Below, one piece after another: positions 1 to 11,569 of a stretch of 64,000 bases of DNA. The stretch lies in NCBI GenBank assembly GCA_951406725.2, contig OX597831.1, positions 63,426,001-63,490,000 of the forward strand. The letters are read 5' to 3'. Position 1 is the stretch's first letter, and every line of letters begins with the position of its first letter. The notes beneath the pieces are model-generated. The model did no database searches. It saw only the letters and a program-made list of their open reading frames with translations, and was not told the DNA's origin. Position numbers and translations under genes: made by a program. The stretch is from Octopus vulgaris (taxonomy: Eukaryota).

Positions 1-85
1 TAAGGGTGTGAGAGAAATAGTAAAAGGAAAGTTTGCATTAATTTCTACTTATTAGCGTTGGTGTAACTATATGTGTATAGTTGCA

Positions 86-292
86 TTCAAAATGTGACCG
101 CGTGTGTATCGCTGGTGATTTTTTTCCTGTCTTCCTTTCTTGGATCTTTCCTTTTTCTATGTTTCTGACGAAGAGCTCCGCTCGAAACGTTAAACCCTCC
201 TTCTTTCTTTCCTTTCCTGAGCGGCCAATAACACTATACTTGTTCCGCGTCCTCGCGTTGTTGTTTTCATGTTTGGATTAACTTTATATGTG
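86..292 (+). mobile_element. Short non-coding element carrying a hammerhead (Penelope-type pLTR / retrozyme-like), family H1 copy 1
   Basis: Homologous to the reverse complement of 24621-24831 (CAAAATGTGACC...TGTTTGGATTAACT); contains a hammerhead core; ends in TA-rich sequence. Confidence 0.7.
161..195 (+). ncRNA. Minimal type I hammerhead ribozyme
   Basis: GTTT-CTGACGA-A-GAGC-TCC-GCTC-GAAAC-GTT-AAAC: intact CUGANGA and GAAA boxes, 4-bp stem II, stem I GTTT/AAAC, palindromic AACGTT in place of stem III as in PLE minimal hammerheads. Confidence 0.8.
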
Positions 293-423
293 TACTCGCA
301 TACACAAATACATATTTCACTGCTGAATGAAGTAATGCTGTCCCCAAACCCCAACTATTTGCATTTGTTCCACACAACGAATGCTACAAATAGGTAGTTA
401 TTGATGGAAATATATCTCACAAA

Positions 424-708
424 TTTACTGAGAACAGATAGGGTGAGAATGAAAATTATACAAGACTTGAAAATGATATGAGAGTCACTACGTTTCCCTT
501 ACAGAACAATATCCCACAATGCACTTACACAATGCCACTACTGGTAGCAAAATCTGGAATTACTGACTGTTTTACATAGTAAATCCACTCTAAAGATATT
601 AAACAGTGATTCCTAACGGGTGGCATATGCCCCACCTATGGAACAAGGGAAAATTGTAGTGGGGCGTTGAATCCAAAATCTTTTTTTTTTTTTTAGAGAG
701 ACACAGAA
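424..708 (+). repeat. ~285-bp direct duplication, copy 1 (copy 2 at 1500-1783)
   Basis: TTTACTGAGAACAGATAG...GAGACACAGAA repeated 1076 bp downstream, roughly 90% identical by eye. Confidence 0.9.
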
Positions 709-988
709 TCGTGAAAAATGTTTTTTAACACCGAACATACTACACCTATACTCAGCATAGTCAAACAAATCTCTCGAACCAAACGAATCTCTCGAGCGAA
801 ACACACTGTGTGAAGACTGTTTGCTACAGTATAGCGCTATTTTAATGCCTTAGTGTGGATATTTCTTTAAGAAAAATATATAATTATGAAATAGCAAAGA
901 TAAAGTTGTCTTTTCCTACCATGCGTGGGGCATATATTTTTTCTGGAAATTTATGGTGGGGCCTGGGGGAAATAAGTTAGGAAACATT
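604..988. mobile_element. Non-autonomous hAT (Charlie-like) MITE
   Basis: Left end CAGTGATTCCTAAC, right end GTTAGGAAACATT (imperfect TIR); 8-bp TSD ATATTAAA at 596-603 and 989-996. Confidence 0.7.
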
Positions 989-1499
989 ATATTAAAACCT
1001 ATATGATTCTCAATCTGACGCATACTTCCACAGAAGTGATGATATTAACAAATTCTATGCCAGAAGAAAAAAGTGAATAGGCTATAGATCAGTGCAGGCA
1101 AATTTTGAGTGTCATATCGCATCTTCAGATAATATTTGCTAAACAAGAAAAGAAAAAAATGAATGCATCAATCAAGTGCTTAAAAGTAGAGTGCAACATT
1201 CTCTGCATAATATCTTCTGTCGGATATCTGTCTAGAAAATGCCGCAAAATATATTATTACAGCTCATTTGGGGCTAATCATGTTACTTACAACGATACTG
1301 GTTGCCAGGCATAGGAAAGGCTGCTCTGGGTAAACATAGGCTCTGTTATTGAATACATACATATCAGCAAAAAGGACATTAGTGTAACAATCTCACCAAG
1401 ACTTTCATTTATTTTCCATGGAAAAACGAAAGAAGCCTGATACAGTTAATTGAGACCAAAGAGCAAATTCTCCGCTGTAACAGAACTTAACTGCCCAAG

Positions 1500-1783
1500 T
1501 TTACTGAGAACAGATAGAGTGAGAATGAAAATTATACAAGACTTGAAAATGATATGACAGTCACTGCATTCCCCTTACAGAACAATATCCCACAATGCAC
1601 TTATACAATGCCACTACTGGTAGCAAAATTTGGAATGGCTGACTGTTTTACATGGTAAATCCACTCTAAAGATATTAAAAAGTTATTCCCAATGGGTGGC
1701 ATATGCCCCACCTAAGGAACAAGGGAAAATTGTAGTAGGGCATTGGAACCAAATTTTTTTTCTTTTTCTAGAGAGACATAGAA
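1500..1783 (+). repeat. ~285-bp direct duplication, copy 2 (carries only the left end of the hAT MITE)
   Basis: Matches 424-708. Confidence 0.9.
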
Positions 1784-2086
1784 GTGAGCATTTCTTTCAA
1801 AATCAGTTTAAAGGAGAATATTTATAACTTCCAACTTTAAAATTTGCATCTGTTTCACTCCCAGTATATATCGGAACAAAAAGTTATGGTATTTAAGGTG
1901 AAGAACGTGTGTAAAAGGGCCTAAATAATACGCATATTACAAATAGTCTCTAACCGGAATAGGGGAATTATGTAAAATTTGTATTTTCAAGTTGGATGTG
2001 AAGCTGCTATCGTTTTTGTTATCCAATTTGCGGAGATGAAGCTTTGTTTCTTTGATAGGAAGCAACTCATTCAGTGTTTGCGCATA

Positions 2087-2139
<53 letters not shown>

Positions 2140-2199
2140 ACACATACATACACACATACACACATACATACATACATACAGACAGACAGACAGACAGAA

Positions 2200-3090
2200 G
2201 CTTGGACGGTAGGCAGTTAGAGAGCAACAACAGAATTGACAGGAAGAGTAGCTTCTCCTGGGCCTGCGATGGATACATTACATCCCACTTAGAAGGGTAT
2301 GCCTTCGTTATCCAGGAACAGGAAATAGATGCTAAATACCTGATAAACAAGAGATACAAAGATATCAGCAAACCTCTACTTTGTGATAAAGAAAATTGTC
2401 GGCTCTGCTACACTAGTGCGGATGATATCACCCAAAACGTCTACGAAGCGTGATAGAGTTGCAAAGACTATTTACAATACTATCCGTGGGAAGTCTGCTC
2501 TGGTGTATACATCAAAAACGCGTCAGAACTAGTATGTATTCATTCTTTTAAGAACAAGTAATACTGGTAGAACACACGAATAAAACATCAACTCGGTGCA
2601 AATATAACAAACCTGAGATTGTTCTGTGGGACGCGGAACGAAAGTCATGGACTGTTGTAGAGGTCAGCTGCCCAATCGAAAGTCCAGGGAAAAGAGAACA
2701 TTTATGACGAATTAATGAGGAACTTCCAGCTCTTGTACTCTGACTATGAACTCTCATTTGTGCTTTTCATCATAGGTACATGAGGTTATGTACCAACGAA
2801 TTTACTCAAAACCCTAGAAATACACGATTTCACGGAGAAAGAACAAAATAAACGCTTGTGGATTCTCCAAATCCAATCTATTACTGGTACAATGAAGATC
2901 TGTAAGATATTCCCAAAATTCTCCATGTTAGACTCATATGTATGCATCAACAACTCAAACAACACATCAACCCAACCACATATTTATAAATGCCGGGAAC
3001 TCTCTTAACTAAGAAAAAGTCTTGTCGCTTTATTAGCGACCGACTTAAACTTTCCTAAGAAGAACTTAAATAAAACTCGAAGAAAGCTCA
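2200..3090 (+). mobile_element. 5'-truncated RLE non-LTR retrotransposon (zinc knuckle + restriction-like endonuclease + 3' UTR), decayed
   Basis: Translations EGYAFVIQEQEI..CRLC, YNKPEIVLWD..VVEVSCP, LQIQSITGTMKICKIF match the C-terminus of RLE-bearing LINEs; frameshifts and stops present. Confidence 0.8.
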
Positions 3091-3096
3091 TACGTA

Positions 3097-3311
3097 CGAG
3101 GGGCTGCTGACAAGTTCCTGGCTTTGGATAAAAGAAAATACAGGAGGATCAGTTAATTATTGATTTTATTCAACATATTCTCCTTTCATATTCTCATACT
3201 TATTGCAGCGGTTCTTCAGTTTTTGAAACCCTATAAAAGAACTCGGAAGGTTGTGCCTCCAACCAGGTTTTTCGCGATACCCCTAAAGCCAGGAACTTTT
3301 CAGCACCCCCG
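3097..3311. mobile_element. Tc1/mariner MITE
   Basis: TIRs CGAGGGGCTGCTGACAAGTTCCTGGCTTT / AAAGCCAGGAACTTTTCAGCACCCCCG, with TA on both sides. Confidence 0.9.
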
Positions 3312-3412
3312 TACATGAATCATGCACGCATGCATGCATCCATCATTGCATATGTATATATGTATATATGTACGTATGTATGTGTGTATGTATGTATGTC
3401 ACATAATTTCCT

Positions 3413-3620
3413 TTAAACCAAAGGAATTCTCATGGACATAAGACGCTCGTTAATTCCGACTGGGAATTTTTCCAACTTGTCCACAAGAGTAGTCTTAACA
3501 GCAAATGCCACTCCAACCTCTCCTCTAAACTCTTCACTCCTCCCTTTCCAAAAGAATGTATATTCTCCACAAGATTCTGTAAGATGACCATCTCCAGGCA
3601 TCATATCTGTCAGGCATGTG
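3413..3620 (-). mobile_element. RTE (BovB-like) LINE AP-endonuclease fragment
   Basis: GDGHLTE..YTFFWKG..GVAFAVKTTL..PVGINERLMSMRIPL is a typical RTE APE N-terminus. Confidence 0.85.
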
Positions 3621-3793
3621 GAAGAGAGTGTAATTCGGCGGAATGACTTAAACGACATGCAAAGGTACATGAAGCCCAGTTGCAACTACAGCCGGCTATT
3701 ACCGGTAAAGGTTTTAGCTGCCAATTCTGTACAAGACATTGTAGATTTTTAGCTGAGCTAAAAAGTCACATTCGATCACAGCACCAATAACAG

Positions 3794-4458
3794 TTAAGCT
3801 TCGTGCAATGGCCATACTCGATAACAAGGGGACAGCCATCATGTATGTATGTATGTATGTTTATGTCAGGTCACTTTCGAGTGCTACTGGCAACATGTAA
3901 CCCAGTACAACCTGTTGCATGGTCGGGCCGTCGGCGACTAAATCGGCAACCCCACCAAGCTTGCTTCGTGAGGAGGGTGGTTATTGGACACCCTGCGGGA
4001 TGAAAAACAAAACCCGTCAAAGGGCGGAGGAACTCTTGAGAGTCAACGGCCATCCGATAAATGTGTATTTTGTTTTTCTCTTAAGGCTTAAGGCTGTATC
4101 ATGCGTGGGGACATAGAAATAATCGGACTGAATACCCGATCGCGCAGTTAAACCATTGAGAGTGAAGGACTCCTAGCCTTTGTTAGGGCATCCTTCTAGG
4201 AGAAGGTAACTCAGGTAACTGGGATAACTCCGACATAAAGCCTGCGGCTCAGTGGTTACCGATGATGTTGACTTGTTCTTCTTTTCGGATTATGGCTGCT
4301 GTTGCTTAGTGAGTGGGATTGACTCAGTGCATAGCCTTTCCTCACTTTATAAAAAATCTTCTTGCACAGGCATTGCACGATAACAACATTGATTAAGCTT
4401 CGTGCAATGGCCATACTTGATAACGAGGGGACAGCCACCATGTATGTATGTATGTATG
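3794..4458 (+). mobile_element. Non-coding retroelement ending in (ATGT)n; a 3'-end stub (3794-3860) in tandem with a ~590-bp copy (3866-4458)
   Basis: TTAAGCTTCGTGCAATGGCCATACTYGATAACRAGGGGACAGCCAYCATGTATGT occurs at 3794 and 4394. Confidence 0.7.
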
Positions 4459-5108
4459 GTTGATCATGAAGAGAAACGATGTGTCATGTATAAGATTATG
4501 AAAATGTGTTAAATGTAATTGTAAACCTAATTTTAGATAAATGGGAGGAATGTAGACTGGTGTAAAAATTCCTTGGTAAGTAGTTGAATATTGGAATTGT
4601 ATTTCTTATTAGAATGCAGTCTTAGCAAATTTATATATGTATATATATGGACAATACTACGTCTTAATAATTGGATAGGAATATATGAGAACTTAATTGA
4701 AATTTTCAAGAAAGGCTAATTTAGGGGAATAGATATTAGATTTCGTTCAGTAAACAAATGCCTAAATGGCCGGCTATTATTGTCTATTGATGTAAAAGAA
4801 ATTAGGATGGTCAGTATATATGAAGTTAAGAACAGACAAGAAAAATATAAAATAAAAGTAATAGCAATAAATGAAAAGATAAAAGTGTAACTGTAAATGA
4901 ATATAGTTTAGAGGGAAACTGTTTACAAATGCGCATAAATATACATAAATATACATACACGTGTATATGGGAATAACAATATATGTATATGTATGTGAGT
5001 GTGTGTGTAAACACGTATGTACAGATGTTCATAGATATGCGTGTATGTACGCGTACATATACAAACCCATAAGTGCACGCAGACACACGCACACATATAT
5101 ATATATAT

Positions 5109-5157
<49 letters not shown>

Positions 5158-5871
5158 CATACATACATACATACATACATACATACATACATACATACAT
5201 ACATGTATACATACATACACACACATACACACACACACATGAATAAAAAGTCAGTAATCAACCGCATTGCTGAGTGAATAATCACTTTTAATAGAGTAAT
5301 TGTTGGTAATACGGTACCATCGTTTCCCAGTGAATCAGGCTGACCCATACCAATTTTTGGCAATTATTGAAGGGCAGATAGAATAATCCCCACATAGCAA
5401 CCATATTTGTTAGACCAAATAGCTCAAAGACAAGGGCTAATCAAATCCACAAATGGATATAATTATTTAGGGATTGTAATAATGTTTTCCTTGCGTTGCA
5501 TGCTTTGCATAATGGTGGCGACATTGATACGCTCACATATACGTTAAAAATATACTATTTATAATATATGCAGACATGTACTATAAAAATGTTAAATACA
5601 ACATCGTGCAGGTTCACAATGTGTAATTGGTATTCTTTCTGTGAATATGTATTGGAGTACGTATGTTCATAAATACACAAACATACACATGTGCCATATT
5701 GGCACTATACACATAGTAAGTTGGGTATTGCTGTTACCACAAGAAGAATGTGAATAAATGCACTATCCAATAAGTGACCGAGGTGCATTGAATGCTCTCG
5801 CTAACCGCTGCTGAGACGATTTTCATCTCCCACGCATAATAGTGTGTGTGCGTGTGTGCCTCTGTGTGTGT

Positions 5872-5921
5872 GTACACAACAAATTAAGTTTATAAGCATA
5901 TAAACTTAATTTGTTGTGTAC
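5872..5921. repeat. Perfect 23-bp inverted repeat with 4-nt loop
   Basis: GTACACAACAAATTAAGTTTATA-AGCA-TATAAACTTAATTTGTTGTGTAC. Confidence 0.95.
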
Positions 5922-6334
5922 TATAGTGGATTCTTTCTTTTAACGACTTACCTAATGTGCTTTACAAAAATACAGTCAGACATGCAGACAAACAAACAGA
6001 CATATACAATGATATGAAGCAGAAAGCAACTCACTATAGAAAACACTTAGTAGCGCTCAAATGATTTGATCCTACACTCCGATTTACGCTTGAAGAATCA
6101 AGTATAAATATATATGTTTTATTGACCAAACTTACTCATATTTCATACAAGAATTAAAGGGAAGCAGGCATCACAAAGCCGGCACCTATCTCTGATTGCT
6201 CGGAGTCACTCGATTAATTTTAGCAAATATAATTGATTAAAGATTTGCAGCCGTTAATTGAAGCAAACAAACATTGGTAAATTCCACAGCCTCGTACATC
6301 AGGGTGGATAGATAATCTCGTTTCACGTGTTTAC

Positions 6335-7316
6335 ATGTATATGTAAGAGAGTCTGGGAAAATAAACAGTCCGCAAACATAAAGATTGTTGTTTATAATGC
6401 GTCCTCAGTACACTACTTTATGGCCGTGAGACATGGAGCTTCTACTGCAGACAGGAGCGGCGTCTCAACGTCTTCCACCTTCGTAATTCGAAACGCATCT
6501 TGGATATGAAGTGGACCAATGGTTGTTCCTTCTCGAGCCATGCCTGGCTCATAAGGGCCGGTTTCCCGGTTTTTGGCGTATAGGTGTCCCACCTGGACGG
6601 GATGCCGGTCCATCGCAGGCGAGCTGCAAGATGCAGGAGGAAAGAATGAGAGAAAGTTGTGGTGAAAGAGTCAGCAGAAGTTTGCCATTACCTTCTGCCG
6701 GAGCCGCGTGGAGCTTAGGTGTTTCGCTCGTAAACATACATATCGCCCGGTCTGAGATTCGAACCCGCGATCCCTCGACCGCAAGTCCACTGCTCTAACC
6801 ACTAGGCCATGTGCCTCCACAAGTGGACCAACCGCATCAACAACACCGGAGTCCGTAACCGCACCAAGATACCCAGTATATACAAGCTCCAGCAGCGCCG
6901 TCTGCGCTGACTCGGTCATGTACATCTCATGGATCCCAAAACACTTCTTATGGGGAATTGGCCAACGGCACAAGAGCAATAGGATGATCTCCGTTTCAAG
7001 GACGTCTGCAAAGGAGATATGATGTCAGTAGATCTGGACGCCCTGAGATGAGAGGAGGTCGCAAATGATCGCCCTCGCTGGAGACAAATACTGCATAAGG
7101 GGATGAAGCAAGGTAAAGAGAAACAGAAACTTGCTACCAAAGACAAGCGTACTCGACGAAAGGAAAAACCCGTAGTGCCGATAGAGAGCTCCTTCAAGTG
7201 CAGTCGCTGTATGTGTAACTGCCACACCCATGTGGGCTTCTACGATGATAGTAGACAATTTCTTCCTCCGCAGATCCATGATCTGTTGAAACCGATGGAT
7301 GCCTACTACTACTACA
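6335..7316 (+). mobile_element. RTE-BovB-like LINE 3' fragment interrupted by a SINE
   Basis: KRVWEN..TLLYGRETW..QERRLNVFHLR, QQRRLR*LGHV, LRFKDVCKGDM, DRPRWR, FKCSRC; ends GATGCC(TAC)n. Confidence 0.9.
6520..6820 (-). mobile_element. tRNA-derived SINE family A
   Basis: Reverse-strand head GTGGAGGCACATGGCCTAGTGGTTAGAGC..GGTTCGAATC (A/B boxes); 11-bp TSD AAGTGGACCAA at 6509-6519 and 6821-6831. Confidence 0.95.
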
Positions 7317-7484
7317 TGTATCTATGTTTATAAACTAAAACCCAAGGTTTTATCTGTTCATTTTGTATGTTTGTATGTGGGTATGTATGTACTTACGTAC
7401 ATACACATGTGTGTGCGTGTATATATATGTATGTATGTATATTTGTGTGTGCACGTGTGTATGTGTGTGTGTGTGCGAGTATTT

Positions 7485-7671
7485 TATTTTTTTTTGTTAC
7501 AGTCATTTGACTGCGGCCATGCTGGAGCACCGCATTTAGTCGAGCAAATCGGCCACAGGACTTATTCATTATAAGCCTAGTACTTATTCTATCGGTTTCT
7601 TTTGCCTAACCGCTAAGTTACGGTGAGGTAATCACACCAGCAGCGGTAGTAAGGTGATGTTGGGAGTACAA

Positions 7672-7720
<49 letters not shown>
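7485..7720 (-). mobile_element. SINE family B, 3' half
   Basis: CAGTCATTTGACTGCGGCCATGCTGGAGCACC..GTACTTATTCTATCGG shared with many copies in the window. Confidence 0.9.
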
Positions 7721-7742
<22 letters not shown>

Positions 7743-7770
7743 CTCAAAATAAGCAACACGAATAACCTCG

Positions 7771-7866
7771 TTAATTTGGTACGTTCGTTTCACGCTACAT
7801 CATTTTATTAAATGTTGTAAGTATTACAACAGTTTTAAAATGTTGAGCAATCATCAGCTATTAATA
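7771..7866 (-). ncRNA. Type I hammerhead motif with ~60-nt extended stem II
   Basis: Reverse strand: TTAATAG-CTGATGA-TTGCT..CATTTTA..TGTTGTAA-TAC-TTACAACA..TAAAATG..AGCGT-GAAAC-GAAC-GTA-CCAAATTAA. Stem I is imperfect. Confidence 0.65.
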
Positions 7867-8112
7867 GAGGTTTTTCCTTAATACATAATTTTCATATCAA
7901 TTGATAACATTATGGAGAAGGTAGATATATAGACAAAGATGTGGATTTAAATTTTAAGAACATTAAAGGTAGTGGAGTTTATCAACTGACTGAAGAATAT
8001 TCAGAATATTCAGTTGTTTTGAACTGCTAGAAGGTTTGGGAAGAATGATCAATTGAAAGGAGACAAGAAAGATTTTCTTTTTATAGAAATAGGGGTGAAA
8101 TAGATATCTAAG

Positions 8113-8165
8113 CGTGAAACGATCGTACCAAATTACCGAAGTTATTCTTGTTGCGTATTTTGATT
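8113..8165 (+). repeat. Inverted second copy of the 3' half of the 7742-7796 hammerhead element
   Basis: GCGTGAAACGATCGTACCAAATTACCGAAGTTATTCTTGTTGCGTATTTTGA matches the reverse complement of 7742-7796. Confidence 0.75.
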
Positions 8166-8269
8166 ATAATCACCCTATGGATTTATATGGATAACACCAT
8201 ACAAAATTCTGGTGCATCTAACTTAAGTACCATATTAATTTGAATCTAAATATTGCTGAACTTATTTAC

Positions 8270-8339
<70 letters not shown>

Positions 8340-8511
8340 TCATTATAATAATATAGAAATCTCTTGTAGGAATAGTTTTATCCAAGATACACTGGTTTAA
8401 TATATACATTGAAGATATAATTTTTAAATAAATATATTATACAAATAAATATTATTAAGTAAGAAAATGGAGGGGTATAATCGATACAAATTAATTTTTG
8501 ATTAATTAACA

Positions 8512-8615
8512 TTGCCTACAACCGTTTCAATTTACACTGAATACAATTAACAAAATATATAGAATAAAATAATTTTGCATTTTTTAAGATTATGAATGAA
8601 ATATCTTCGGGGCAA
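8512..8615 (-). ncRNA. Type I hammerhead motif with ~75-nt extended stem II (core U4 to C)
   Basis: Reverse strand: TTGCC-CCGAAGA-(long AU-rich arm incl. GCAAAAT/ATTTTGT)-GAAAC-GGTT-GTA-GGCAA. Stem I is a perfect 5 bp. Confidence 0.65.
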
Positions 8616-9776
8616 AAAGGACATTACCGACTTTACATGTGAATCAGTTGAGGTACTCCAACAGATTAAGTAGAGGAAAGCAGTGTGTGTGTATGTGTGT
8701 GTGTGTGCGTGTGTTCGTGCGTGTGTGCGTGCGTGTGTGTGTGCGCGCGCGTTAATAGTTCATTTAAATATACCAATCATGTAATGATTTAAATTTAATA
8801 ATAAATTAAAGTACATAAAAACAAATGATTACAATAAGGATAATTAAAAATGAAAATAAAGATAAAAAATAAAAATGAAAATAAAAATAAAAGTAATAAA
8901 GTAATAATTATGAAAATATATAAAAACAATATCTAAAAATTGTATTAAAAATATTCATATATACATATATAATGAAAAAAGCAATATAAAATAAGGATAT
9001 GAAATAAAAATAGTAACTTTATACATATGGATGTCTATGGTTTATTCAAAATCACATGTGAGTGTGTGTGTGCGCATATAAAAATAAAAGATAAAAAATA
9101 AAGATAAGGATATAAAAACAAAAACTTAATAAATATGAATGTCTAATGTCTGTTTGAGTTTCTGTATGATTATGTGTGTGAGTGTATATGGACGCTTACT
9201 GTTTATATTAATTTATGAGTGCGTATGCGGGCATGAATGTTAGTAAAAGCTTGTCGAATCAAATCAGTTTATTCATATATTTATATGTGCATATATTTAT
9301 ATACATCGACATATAAAAACTATAGAGAATGATAATGTATGTTAGAGACCCAAAAACCACTTATATGATTTATTATAATATAAAACAGTAACATGATTTA
9401 GTATATTTTTTTTGTGTTTCTATAATTGGTCCAAAATAAAAATGAAAGTAAAAATAAAAATAAACATCAAACGGAATTCAGTACATCTAATACTAAATAA
9501 GTATATTTATATTTATATCGATATTCAAATTAATCTAATAATAATAATTCATTATAATTATTAATTCGTATTACACACACACATACACATACACACAAAT
9601 ACGTGCTTATTTTACAGGCATCCAAGATTAGTATATCATCAAAATTAGTCTTATCAATAGATATTGTATTACAATCTGAAATTAGATGTATCATATTAGG
9701 AAATTAATTTACAACCATTAACACTTAATATTATTATTAAAAGGACCCTTGAGCATTATATTAGATATATTATATT

Positions 9777-9879
<103 letters not shown>

Positions 9880-9974
9880 TATTTAATATTAGGTTTATAA
9901 ACTAATTTAGACTTATTTCATTATTCAATTATGTTATCTTTATTGATTAAACTTACTAAAAACATATTTAGAGT

Positions 9975-10116
9975 AATGACTAGTTGTTACATTCTTTTCT
10001 AGAATTAATTAATTTGTGTTTATATTTTAGTATTTGGAAAAACTCTTCTGTACAAAAGTGATATTTTTTATCTGAATTATTATAAGCTCTGGAATGACTT
10101 ATAATTTCCCATTTAG

Positions 10117-10120
<4 letters not shown>
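9975..10120 (-). mobile_element. Penelope-like GIY-YIG C-terminal remnant
   Basis: KWEIISHSRAYNNSDKKYHFCTEE..IL..LINSRKE resembles the PLE motif W.II..Y..C.LC..EK..LN.R.E. Confidence 0.55.
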
Positions 10121-10186
<66 letters not shown>

Positions 10187-10287
10187 GAGAAGAGGAAGAA
10201 GAAGAAGAAGAAGAAGAAGAAGAAGAAGAAGAAGAAGAAGAAGAAGAAGAAGAAGAAGAAGAAGAAGAAGAAGAAGAAGAAGAAGAA

Positions 10288-10324
<37 letters not shown>

Positions 10325-10782
10325 TGAAGTTAATAAGAGTTTATTATCAACAAAAAATCGATCATTATCCCTTACACTTGTTTCAATTATACTCAATGAA
10401 TTGAATATTAAGTACCTATTTCTGAGCATGATATATTCAGAGGGCTGAAAATATAGCTTTAGATGCTTCATGTTTGATTATGATTATTTATAGCAGACTG
10501 AATGGTACTATTTGTGATTTGTATTTTTATGTGTTCGAGCGAGTGGTTCACAGGTTGGTTGGAGGTAAGACAGAGTAGGTAAATAGAACTAGAGTAATAA
10601 ATGAATTAAATAGAGATAATGGAGAAAATTACAATATAAATTAGGTAAGGATATAAAGTAAATATATAAGTTGTAAATAAACTTGAGAAAATTTGCATAT
10701 ATGCAAGTATACACGCACGTTTATGCACGCATAATTACATTCATCTGTATGTTCATATACATATATATATATACACACACAC

Positions 10783-10821
<39 letters not shown>

Positions 10822-10916
10822 TACAGGCACATGCCTAGACCAGTACAAACACGCACATATGTACCCATACATTCAGACATACACACACGCACGCATATAT
10901 ACATATACATATATAT

Positions 10917-10947
<31 letters not shown>

Positions 10948-10981
10948 CACATACATACACAAACACACACACGCACACGCA

Positions 10982-11012
<31 letters not shown>

Positions 11013-11569
11013 ATGTATATACACCCGCGCACACGTACATGTCCAGGCATAAATACCTATGTATATGAATACATACGCATACATATGCATACATGCACAG
11101 ACAGACACTCATGTACTTGTACGTCCCAGCATACATACACTCACTCACATTTCATCATAGTGTACTCTTCCGTGTTTGCAAGTTCAACAGAAAATGCACT
11201 CTCTGGTGAGACATAAATATCAGTTAGTAAACACATATTTTTTCATTAGCTAATAATAGTTTCATGCGATGAAAAACAACTCAAACTACATTTAATACCA
11301 CGTCTGGTTCCTTCATACAGACCTCAGGCTCTCCTCACATGCCATAACAAGCTAAAACAGGACGATAGGATAAAATAAAATACGCGTAAAGGCGAAAAGG
11401 AAGTAGATGTAAATGGTGGAATGTTGAAAACTCCGGAAAACGGAAAATAAAATAAAAATGAAAGCCGGGGAGAAATGAAGTTATGTATCCTTTGACCGGA
11501 AAGTCATGAGTCTGAATAGATAGGAGTCTGTGGTAAGCTGCTCAGTTCGGATCGGGTGGTATTTTCCAA

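Noticed and set aside
3866-3950. Twister or HDV-like ribozyme
   Set aside because: Conserved nucleotides and nested pseudoknot order were not found; kept only as a generic structured end.
7990-8135. Plus-strand hammerhead pairing CTGAAGA (7990) with GAAACGATCGTA (8117)
   Set aside because: Bases before CTGAAGA do not pair with CCAAATTA and no stem II is evident; only the 3' half is accepted.
11240-11340. Hammerhead downstream of the PLE GIY-YIG fragment (reverse strand CTGTATGA..CATGAAAC)
   Set aside because: Core is interrupted and no stem I or III could be drawn.
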